Shown here one piece after another: positions 1 to 6,372 of a stretch of 8,522 nt of DNA (its first letter is position 1; every line of letters starts with the position of its first letter). The DNA comes from Nanobdellota archaeon (GTDB lineage: Archaea; Nanobdellota; Nanobdellia; Nanobdellales; Nanobdellaceae), in contig JAIXNB010000008.1 of the NCBI GenBank assembly GCA_020697515.1, positions 1 through 8,522 of the forward strand. The letters are read 5' to 3'. Both the position numbers and the translations under genes were made by a program. The notes under the pieces are model-generated. The model did no database searches and had not been told where the DNA came from. It was given only the letters and a program-made list of their open reading frames with translations.

Positions 1-63
1 AGAAATCTATTAGATGGAAAAGACTTCATTGGTACTGTAGTGTCAGATTCTTATGGTATGTGA
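1..63 (+). CDS. possible 3' end of a gene that starts upstream of the window (last 20 codons, RNLLDGKDFIGTVVSDSYGM*)
   Basis: Frame 1 is open from nt 1 to TGA at 61-63. The peptide composition resembles the other proteins here. It is too short to identify and absent from the ORF track. Confidence 0.25.
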   Translation, partial: RNLLDGKDFIGTVVSDSYGM

Positions 64-180
64 GCCTCTCCACCCCAAGGACAGAGCTTCCTCCGTTCTA
101 CCTCTCTTTACGGTTATGACTTCATACAGAGGTTCTGGGATTCACTCCCCCACCGACGGACTCATTATCCGTCGAGCTAT
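64..180. ncRNA. GC-rich island, candidate structured non-coding RNA of unrecognised class
   Basis: Hand count gives 62 G+C in the 115 nt from 64 to 178 (~54%), against clearly AT-rich flanks. The island lies between a possible + strand gene end (63) and the stop of the - strand gene (227). No frame gives a plausible protein. It contains a perfect 7-bp hairpin (154-160/168-174), a 4-bp hairpin (137-140/146-149) and a 6-bp pairing (100-105/128-133). The + strand is C-rich (41 C vs 21 G), so the G-rich - strand is the more likely transcript. The - strand also has an A/T box (193-200) about 22-26 nt upstream of ~173. Confidence 0.4.
154..174. repeat. perfect inverted repeat / stem-loop cgacgga-ctcatta-tccgtcg (7-bp stem, 7-nt loop)
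   Basis: Read directly from the sequence. Positions 154-160 are fully complementary to 168-174. This is the strongest local structure in the GC-rich island. Confidence 0.85.
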
Positions 181-226
181 ATCTCTATAATCATAAAAGT
201 TTCTGAAGATATAAGTTTTAGACTTA

Positions 227-1093
227 CTATATTGTTGGCAAGGACATTAAACTAACTCCCTTGGGTATTAACGGGAGGATTATTTTGAATACTATCATAG
301 TTAATACTAGAAAGATTAGTACATGGCGTAGTCCCGCTTTATAAGAGTTATCATACATTTTCCCGAGAGCTAAACCTGCGAATATGGATTGCATAACTGC
401 TAAATGGAATAGTATAGTATCTATATTTATATTAGACTTACCCGAGAAACCTAAAATATTTACTCCAAAAGATGTTTGCAAGAATGGAACTAGAAAAGCT
501 TCTATTACTATAACTACCCCCAAAAAGAAAAGAAAAACTAGATAAGCATGTAATATATTTTCATATACTGCACTCTCTCTTTCCCTTCTCAATCTACGAA
601 CTTCTACTAGACTGTTGATTAACGCTTCTAGACTCTTCCCTAAATCTCCTCCTGCTCTATAGATCTCTATAAGAACACAGATATTCCTTTTTATCAAATC
701 ATTTTCTAACTCCTCTGCAAATAACCTGAATGCTTCTTCAACCCTGACTCCCCAATCAATTCTAGCGGATAACCGCTTCACAGCATTATTTAACACTCCA
801 TAATCATTCTTTTCTATTTCTTTCATTGCATAAGGTAACGTAATCCCTGTTTGAAGAAGCTGAGCCAAATCTAATGCAAATCTAATAAATTGTTCTTCTT
901 TCTCCTTTTCTATTTGACTCTCTATTATTTTCTGTATTGTTATTGGTAAGGCTCCTAAAAAGATTGCAAGAGATAATGAGGTATGTAAATCTCTGAGCAG
1001 AATTATTCCAAATAGTAACCCAGTTATTGATAAAACTATGGAGGAAAAAACGAATATATTCACATTTCTTAGAAAGTTTGTATTTATTTTCAT
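227..1093 (-). CDS. type IV filament platform membrane protein, single T2SSF domain, resembling the C-terminal half of FlaJ/ArlJ (TadB/TadC-like)
   Basis: 288-aa ORF. It opens directly with two TM helices (NIFVFSSIVLSITGLLFGIILL, LSLAIFLGALPITI). A cytoplasmic helical T2SSF-type domain follows (FIRFALDLAQLLQTGITLPYAMKEI...WGVRVEEAFRLFAEEL...LIEIYRAGGDLGKSLEAL), then three more hydrophobic helices. Its ATG overlaps the upstream gene's TGA (ATGA at 1090-1093). Confidence 0.8.
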   Translation of the reverse strand: MKINTNFLRNVNIFVFSSIVLSITGLLFGIILLRDLHTSLSLAIFLGALPITIQKIIESQIEKEKEEQFIRFALDLAQLLQTGITLPYAMKEIEKNDYGVLNNAVKRLSARIDWGVRVEEAFRLFAEELENDLIKRNICVLIEIYRAGGDLGKSLEALINSLVEVRRLRRERESAVYENILHAYLVFLFFLGVVIVIEAFLVPFLQTSFGVNILGFSGKSNINIDTILFHLAVMQSIFAGLALGKMYDNSYKAGLRHVLIFLVLTMIVFKIILPLIPKGVSLMSLPTI

Positions 1094-2517
1094 TTCGGCT
1101 GTATTTTTGAGATTAGTAAGAGCATAGCAATATTAACGGCTGGAACTAATAGATATACTATTATCATTGTTAACGTTGGAATCGGTAATCCAAATACTCT
1201 TTCTGCTAAGGATGCTAGCATGATTATAACTGATACAAGTATCATAGGCATTGTAACAACCATGCCAACATAGATATCCGAGAATGTTTTAATTGTTTGG
1301 ATAAATTTCTGGTTTAAAGATTTGTAATGAATTATTGCAGACTCTGCAGAGATCTCTAGATACTCTCTTAAATTAGAACCGGATTGCAAAGATAATAACA
1401 ACCCTTCTAAAAACTCTTTCAGTTCTCCGGACGGTGTATCATTAGCAACGGTCCTTATGGCTTCTGACAAACTCATACCCATGTCAATATAATCAACCAG
1501 CTTTTGAAATTCCTCAGACAATAATTTATACTCTTTTGTTTCTGCAATAACTTTAAAAATATCTTTTGGTTTTAACCCTGCCTTTGCTAAGGATGCCATA
1601 TGTATTATAGCAAAGGGAAGCATGGACCTAATTTCTTCAGCTTTACTTTTTCTTATATAGGTGGGGTAGTAAATTGTAAAAAGCGTAAACAAAGCTGTCA
1701 CGAGAGTAAACAATATAGGAAGAAATAGAATGTTTTTTATAATAAATATTGTTAAAACAAGTGTCGGTACTAGAGCTAACAAGAATATCGTTAGAATTAA
1801 AGATATATAAGTTCTTACCGTCATTTTTATACCGGCTTTTTTTAATAATTCATATATAAATGTATATAATTCTGGAAAATTTTTTATTAGATAACCTGCA
1901 ACTTTTCCAAACCACCTACTCGCAAATCTTACCAAATATTGTTTGTAATCTATATTTAAGTTTCTCTTTTTTGGAGGTCTTGTTTTGATTTTGATACTCT
2001 CTTTTTTAGTATCTTTTCTGCTAAATAGCACCTTTTTTATCTGTAGAAATCTTTTTCCAACCTTAATCTTTGTTTTGGTAGCGCTCGGATTCACTAAATC
2101 TTTTGGAGGTTCTATATGGTTATATTGCTGGATAATCTGTCTTGTATCGTATAATACCTTTTCAATTTCCGATGTTCTTATTTGAATGACTCTTCTTTTT
2201 CCTATTCTATGTACTTCCTTATCGAATTTTAGAAGACTATTTAATTCTTCTAGGATCTCTCTAGCTCTCCCAACTAACTCAATCATTTGTATTTCCAAAT
2301 CGTGTATGTCTCTTTTTAGATCCTCGGATATTCTTCTGTATTCTATTTCATCAATAAATCCGCTATCATATAATTTTTTTAATTTATCAAGGCTATTCTT
2401 TTTTCTTTTTAAATGTTTCTCAAGTTGTTTTATTTGATTTAAAATTAGTTTTAATCTTTTTATGTTATCTTGAAAATAAACAGTTAAATCAGTTTGCATT
2501 ATATTTAAAAGAGACAT
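1090..2517 (-). CDS. type IV filament platform membrane protein, single T2SSF domain resembling the N-terminal half of FlaJ/ArlJ, with a ~195-aa coiled-coil/basic N-terminal extension
   Basis: 475-aa ORF. Residues ~195-475 have a FlaJ/TadC-type lead-in (ELLKKAGIKMTVRTYIS) and two TM helices. These are followed by a T2SSF-type domain (LPFAIIHMASLAKAGLKPKDIF...MGMSLSEAIRTVANDTPSGELKEFLEGLLLSLQSGSNLREYL) and two more TM helices. Residues 1-~195 are hydrophilic, heptad-like and Lys/Arg-rich. The true start may be Met7 (ATG at 2499), which sits ~26 nt from an A/T box at 2521-2529. Confidence 0.8.
   Translation of the reverse strand: MSLLNIMQTDLTVYFQDNIKRLKLILNQIKQLEKHLKRKKNSLDKLKKLYDSGFIDEIEYRRISEDLKRDIHDLEIQMIELVGRAREILEELNSLLKFDKEVHRIGKRRVIQIRTSEIEKVLYDTRQIIQQYNHIEPPKDLVNPSATKTKIKVGKRFLQIKKVLFSRKDTKKESIKIKTRPPKKRNLNIDYKQYLVRFASRWFGKVAGYLIKNFPELYTFIYELLKKAGIKMTVRTYISLILTIFLLALVPTLVLTIFIIKNILFLPILFTLVTALFTLFTIYYPTYIRKSKAEEIRSMLPFAIIHMASLAKAGLKPKDIFKVIAETKEYKLLSEEFQKLVDYIDMGMSLSEAIRTVANDTPSGELKEFLEGLLLSLQSGSNLREYLEISAESAIIHYKSLNQKFIQTIKTFSDIYVGMVVTMPMILVSVIIMLASLAERVFGLPIPTLTMIIVYLLVPAVNIAMLLLISKIQPK
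2502..2510 (+). promoter_or_regulatory. TATA-like box for the ATPase gene
   Basis: TATTTAAAA is centred ~27 nt upstream of ATG 2535, consistent with an archaeal leaderless or short-leader promoter. It lies inside the 5' coding region of the divergent gene. Confidence 0.35.
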
Positions 2518-2520
2518 TAA

Positions 2521-2529
2521 TTAATAAAA
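2521..2529 (-). promoter_or_regulatory. TATA-like box for the divergent platform-gene pair
   Basis: The - strand reads TTTTATTAA within the 17-nt spacer. It is centred ~26 nt upstream of the in-frame ATG at 2499 (Met7 of the tracked ORF). Confidence 0.35.
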
Positions 2530-2534
2530 CTATT

Positions 2535-4064
2535 ATGCAGTTCACGATTAATCTAAAACCCAGAATTCCCATAATTAATCCCCCCAATGATATTCGTCAA
2601 ACTAATATATACTATCCTCTTATAGAACCATATGCTTATGCTCATATATTTTTTAGTACTCAAAAATATTCGCTATTCTATGAAGTTCTTGAACCCACAT
2701 TGTCCCTGGACGAAAAGGACATTCTAGACATAGTATCAGAAGGTTTGAAAGAAATTTTGACAGTAAAACTGTCTGAACTTAAAAATGTTGATAAGATAAT
2801 AGAATATTTAGAGAGGAATGTTAGATTCATTTTGGAAGAGTATGATATTCACTTAGATGAGAAATCATTCAATAAGATAATGTATTATATCTTCAGAAAC
2901 TTTTATGGCTATGGTAGAATCGAGCCTTTGATGCATGATCCATTTATAGAAGATATAGAATGCTCGGGAGTTGGTATACCAGTTTATGTTGTCCATAGAA
3001 TTTTTGGAAATTTAGAAACCAACATAATCTTTGAAAATGAAGATGAAATAAAAGAGATTATAGAGAAATTTGCCCTAAGGTCTGGTAAACATATTTCTTA
3101 TGCAGAGCCGTTGTTAGATGCAACCCTACCGGATGGAAGCAGAATCAATGCTACCTACTCCTCCGACGTTACTACAAGAGGTCCCACATTCACTATAAGA
3201 AAGTTTAGGAAAGAGATAATGTCTATAATAGATTTAATCAAAAATAATACATTAAGTATTGATATAGCTGCATATTTTTGGTGGGCTATAGAGAATAGAG
3301 CTAATGTCATAATTGCAGGAGAAACAGCCTCTGGTAAGACTACTTTACTAAATGCAATTGCAATGTTTATACCCCCCAATGCAAAAATAGTGTCTATAGA
3401 AGATACGAGAGAGATTCAATTGTATCATGAAAATTGGATTCCCGCTTTAACCAGAGAGGGTTTTTATATTGAGGGTAAAAAATATGGTGAGATAACAATG
3501 TATGATCTTCTAAAAGAATCTTTTAGACAGAACCCAGATTATATAATTGTAGGTGAGGTTAGAGGACAGGAAGCTTATGTCATGTTTCAGGGAATGGCTT
3601 CGGGGCACGCAGCTTTAACCACAATGCACGCTGATTCTATACAATCAATAATAAGGAGACTAACTACTCCTCCAATAAATTTACCAAAGGACCTTTTAGA
3701 ATTATTAGATGTGGCGGTGTTTATGGTGAGAGCTAGAAATATCTCTCCTTCTGCGAGGAGAGTTAGAGAAGTTGTAGAGGTTGGAAAGATGTCTGGAGAC
3801 CATTTAGAAATAAGTAAAATTTTCGTTTGGAATCCTGTTCAAGACTCTTTTGAATTAGTTAACAGGTCTGTGTTAACACAAGAACTCGAGCAGAGAGTAG
3901 GATCGATTAAAGATTTTGAGGAAGATCTAGAGAAAAAATCAAAGGTGTTAAATTATCTATTAAAAAGGAATATTAGAGATCCAAAAAAAGTTTCCCAATA
4001 TATAAGAGCGTATTATCTGGATAAAGATGCATTGCTTGAAGAGATAGAAGAAAATGTTGATTAA
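2535..4064 (+). CDS. type IV filament assembly ATPase, FlaI/ArlI / VirB11 / TadA (T2SSE) family
   Basis: 509-aa ORF with Walker A GETASGKTT (nt 3318-3344), Asp box IVSIEDTREI, Walker B PDYIIVGEVRG (nt 3534-3566) and His box GHAALTTMHA. It also has the archaeal FlaI-type motifs DATLPDGSRINAT and FTIRKF. Confidence 0.93.
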   Translation: MQFTINLKPRIPIINPPNDIRQTNIYYPLIEPYAYAHIFFSTQKYSLFYEVLEPTLSLDEKDILDIVSEGLKEILTVKLSELKNVDKIIEYLERNVRFILEEYDIHLDEKSFNKIMYYIFRNFYGYGRIEPLMHDPFIEDIECSGVGIPVYVVHRIFGNLETNIIFENEDEIKEIIEKFALRSGKHISYAEPLLDATLPDGSRINATYSSDVTTRGPTFTIRKFRKEIMSIIDLIKNNTLSIDIAAYFWWAIENRANVIIAGETASGKTTLLNAIAMFIPPNAKIVSIEDTREIQLYHENWIPALTREGFYIEGKKYGEITMYDLLKESFRQNPDYIIVGEVRGQEAYVMFQGMASGHAALTTMHADSIQSIIRRLTTPPINLPKDLLELLDVAVFMVRARNISPSARRVREVVEVGKMSGDHLEISKIFVWNPVQDSFELVNRSVLTQELEQRVGSIKDFEEDLEKKSKVLNYLLKRNIRDPKKVSQYIRAYYLDKDALLEEIEENVD

Positions 4065-4926
4065 CAAGATCATAGAAAAAATACATAAGTATTTGTGGCC
4101 GGTTGCCAGAAAGCTGAAACCACATTTCAAAGACCTCAAAGAGGATATACTATTCATCAATTGGAGGATCTCCTATGAAGATTATCTTGTGATAATTGTT
4201 TTTGGAGTAATAAGTGCGTTTATATCTACTTTTGTTATATCGACCCTAGTTCTATATTTTATATTAAATTATATAGATTTTGTATTGATCACTCTTAGCC
4301 TTATATATGCCATTATAGTATCCTTTATGGTGTTTATGTATTTTCTATGTCTACCAAGGCTTGCGAAGGCAGATTATATAAAAGAGATTGAGGATAACCT
4401 TCCTTTATTCTTATTGTATTTTTATGGATTAGTTAGTCCAGGAGTGAATCTTGTTAAGGCTATAGAAATTTCTGCAAGAAGAGAAGAATTTGGGAAATTA
4501 AGTAAAGATATAAGGTTTCTACACTACCTCATAGATAGTTTGGGATATGATCTGTTATCGGCTTTGATGATCCTAGCTAATAAAACTCCTTCTCAAAGAT
4601 TCAAAGAGTTTTTATACGAATTAGTATCTGTAATAAGGAGTGGAGGGGATATAAAACAGACTGTTAGGGAAATTGCTAGAGAGGCTTTGGTTGACTATGA
4701 GATTAAATTAAGATCCTTTATAGAAAAAACCAATTTGCTTCTAACTATATACACATTCTTATTTATAGCGTTTCCACTTGTTCTCTTAATTCTGGCATTC
4801 CTATTCTCTGTAGCTATTGGATCTACGGAAATAATATCTTCGCTATTACCCTTTTTCTTAGGATTTATCCCAATGGCATATATTATCTATTTATATATAA
4901 TATTTCTTATACAACCATCTTTATGA
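4054..4926 (+). CDS. type IV filament platform membrane protein, single T2SSF domain (FlaJ N-half / TadC-like)
   Basis: 290-aa ORF whose ATG lies 11 nt inside the ATPase 3' end. It has a FlaJ-type lead-in (HFKDLKEDILFINWRISYEDYL) and two TM helices. A T2SSF-type domain follows (LPLFLLYFYGLVSPGVNLVKAIEI...LGYDLLSALMILANKTPSQRFKEFLYELVSVIRSGGDIKQTV), then two or three TM helices. Confidence 0.82.
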   Translation: MLINKIIEKIHKYLWPVARKLKPHFKDLKEDILFINWRISYEDYLVIIVFGVISAFISTFVISTLVLYFILNYIDFVLITLSLIYAIIVSFMVFMYFLCLPRLAKADYIKEIEDNLPLFLLYFYGLVSPGVNLVKAIEISARREEFGKLSKDIRFLHYLIDSLGYDLLSALMILANKTPSQRFKEFLYELVSVIRSGGDIKQTVREIAREALVDYEIKLRSFIEKTNLLLTIYTFLFIAFPLVLLILAFLFSVAIGSTEIISSLLPFFLGFIPMAYIIYLYIIFLIQPSL

Positions 4927-4937
4927 TTCTTTTAATT
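4927..4937 (+). terminator. T-rich tract after the platform gene stop
   Basis: TTCTTTTAATT follows TGA 4924-4926 directly. Oligo-T tracts act as archaeal termination signals. Confidence 0.3.
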
Positions 4938-4998
4938 ATAGGGCTATAGTTTCGAAAAAATCAATATAATAACTTAGTGAATAAAATATTTGAATCCC

Positions 4999-5012
4999 AA
5001 AAAACACAAAAA
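4999..5012 (-). terminator. oligo-T tracts downstream of rps19
   Basis: The - strand reads TTTTTGTGTTTTTT about 25 nt after the rps19 stop (5035-5037), giving T5 and T6 runs. Short complementary arms flank them (tccca 4995-4999 and tggga 5018-5022). Confidence 0.35.
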
Positions 5013-5034
5013 TTAGCTGGGAATCTATAATGCC

Positions 5035-5442
5035 CTATTTAACGTGTAAATGTCTGGTTGATCTAGATGCTCCTACACCCGGTGCGGAATGTTGTACTTT
5101 CTTTGTTGATGGTGCAAACTCCCCCAATCTCCTTCCAATCATCTCTGGTTTTATTTCAAATTCTACAAATTCTTTACCATTATATACTGCCACTTTACAA
5201 CCTACCATAAATGGCAAAATAGGTACCTCTCTAGCATGTGTTTTTACAACTTTCTTATATTTCCCTTGTTTTTGTAACCAACACTTCTTATAAAACTTTT
5301 CCCATTCTGGGGGAAATCCTAGTTCTAGTCTCCTTAATAATGTTCTTTTAAGTCTAGAATCAGCTACTTTTTGGGCAAATTCTTCAATAGATATCTTTTG
5401 AAGTTCCTCCAAAGTATATCCTCTTAACTTAAATTCTGGCAT
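5035..5442 (-). CDS. rps19: 30S ribosomal protein uS19 (archaeal S19P / eukaryotic S15 type)
   Basis: 135-aa ORF. RGYTLEELQ, THAREVPILPFMVG, VAVYNGKEFVEFEIKPEMIGRRLGEFA and HSAPGVGASRS match the conserved archaeal uS19 sequence pattern as I recall it. Confidence 0.95.
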   Translation of the reverse strand: MPEFKLRGYTLEELQKISIEEFAQKVADSRLKRTLLRRLELGFPPEWEKFYKKCWLQKQGKYKKVVKTHAREVPILPFMVGCKVAVYNGKEFVEFEIKPEMIGRRLGEFAPSTKKVQHSAPGVGASRSTRHLHVK

Positions 5443-5466
5443 TTGTTTTAATAAACATTAATACTT

Positions 5467-6024
5467 TTAAGCATATATTTTTTGGACTGTCATTTTCTTT
5501 TTTGTCTTTCTAGCAAATCTCGTTGTAAAAACTATATATGTATTATCATTGTATACACCTCCATACTCCCTAGCACGATCATATATAAGATTCCACAATT
5601 TATCCAATGTGATATTCCCTTTATATCCAATAAATAAAAGATATTTGTTAGTATTATTCTCTGATTTAAATAGCATATAGTTCTGTATCCTCTTTCTACT
5701 TCTTACAAAACCTCTATTGACTTCTCTGATCGCATACATAACCTGTCCTGGTTTTATGTTAGATTCAAAATACAAAAATGCATAGTCATTCCTATCCTTT
5801 AAAAGGAATTTTGGAGATTTAGCTATTAGAATCATTTCAAGAGTATTTTCTTTATTACATAGGGGAAGTTTTTCCTCAGATATTACTATTCCATCTATGG
5901 AACCAGCAACTGGAAATGCATAAATATTGGGATATATTTTCTTTAGGATTTCTAATGTTGGTACATCTGGCTTTGAGGATTCCAAAAATAATACATAATA
6001 TAAAGAACCAACCTGAAACACCAT
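5467..6024 (-). CDS. hypothetical protein, 185 aa, basic C-terminus
   Basis: This long ORF has the local composition and ends 24 nt upstream of rps19 on the same strand. The alternating beta/alpha pattern (SLYYVLFLESS...LEILKKIYPNIYAFPVAGSIDGIVISEE) loosely recalls a ferredoxin-like/RAM-type fold. I recognise no diagnostic motif. Confidence 0.6.
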   Translation of the reverse strand: MVFQVGSLYYVLFLESSKPDVPTLEILKKIYPNIYAFPVAGSIDGIVISEEKLPLCNKENTLEMILIAKSPKFLLKDRNDYAFLYFESNIKPGQVMYAIREVNRGFVRSRKRIQNYMLFKSENNTNKYLLFIGYKGNITLDKLWNLIYDRAREYGGVYNDNTYIVFTTRFARKTKKKMTVQKIYA

Positions 6025-6031
6025 TTTAAAT
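6024..6031 (+). promoter_or_regulatory. TATA-like box for the zinc-ribbon gene
   Basis: TTTTAAAT is centred ~26 nt upstream of ATG 6052. It overlaps the first base of the divergent gene's start codon (6022-6024). Confidence 0.4.
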
Positions 6032-6044
6032 GCTTATTCAAAAA

Positions 6045-6053
6045 ATTTTATAT
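6045..6053 (-). promoter_or_regulatory. TATA-like box for the 185-aa gene
   Basis: The - strand reads ATATAAAAT, centred ~26 nt upstream of the ATG at 6024. It overlaps the start codon of the divergent gene (6052-6054). Confidence 0.4.
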
Positions 6054-6372
6054 GCAAAAACCAATTGACAATAGTAGGATATGTGTGATATGTAAAGAAC
6101 CAATCTGGAATCCAATTTCACCAAAAATGGCAATATATCATGCTTTATCAGTTTTAGATACAAAATACTGGAACAGGTTTCTAAATGAGATAATAAAAGA
6201 ATTAAATATTCACAGGTTCTATTTTAAGGAGAGAATGCAATACTTAGATGGGGAGATAGATGTTCCAATATGCTGGGGTTGTTTGTACGACCTCATTTAT
6301 GAAATTCTTGAGAAAATAGACAAGAAAAGTGCCGAAGAGTTTAAAAAATTCGCATGTCCCTATGGTCTATAA
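6052..6372 (+). CDS. hypothetical zinc-ribbon-like protein (CxxC...CxxC)
   Basis: 106-aa ORF with Cys11-x2-Cys14 and Cys74-x2-Cys77, plus a C-terminal Cys102. Composition matches the neighbouring genes. I recognise no family. Confidence 0.6.
   Translation: MQKPIDNSRICVICKEPIWNPISPKMAIYHALSVLDTKYWNRFLNEIIKELNIHRFYFKERMQYLDGEIDVPICWGCLYDLIYEILEKIDKKSAEEFKKFACPYGL

Noticed and set aside
18-50. C/D-box-like elements on the - strand (CTGA at 46-43, ATGAAG at 29-24)
   Set aside because: There is no proper RUGAUGA C box and no terminal CUGA D box at the expected ~12-nt guide spacing. The order of the boxes does not fit a C-D'-C'-D layout.
154-174. Hairpin with loop CTCATTA that looks like a tRNA-Met (CAT) anticodon arm
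   Set aside because: The stem is 7 bp rather than 5. Position 37 would be U instead of a purine. I could find no D-arm, T-arm (GTTCRAATC) or acceptor stem on either strand, and no match to a split-tRNA half.
64-180. Possible 5S rRNA, because CGGACTCATT resembles the archaeal 5S loop C region (CCGGnCUCAUUUCGAACCCGGAAG, from memory)
   Set aside because: The motif lies at the wrong end of the GC island for a ~120-nt 5S on the + strand. The required complementary helix II/I partners are absent, and the downstream sequence is AT-rich.
1985-2437. Two + strand ORFs (66 aa and 83 aa) from the track
   Set aside because: Both lie entirely antisense to the well-supported 475-aa platform gene. Their peptides are low-complexity and Phe/Leu/Ser-rich, as expected from the reverse complement of Lys/Glu-rich coding sequence, and carry no motifs.
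3155-3379. 74-aa - strand ORF
   Set aside because: It is antisense to the ATPase gene across its Walker A region. The ATPase frame has unambiguous motifs and this ORF has none.
3960-4160. 66-aa - strand ORF
   Set aside because: It is antisense to the ATPase/platform gene junction and is a shadow ORF in AT-rich sequence.
5030-5293. 87-aa + strand ORF
   Set aside because: It is antisense to rps19, whose identity is certain. Its Cys/Thr/Pro-rich composition is not protein-like for this genome.
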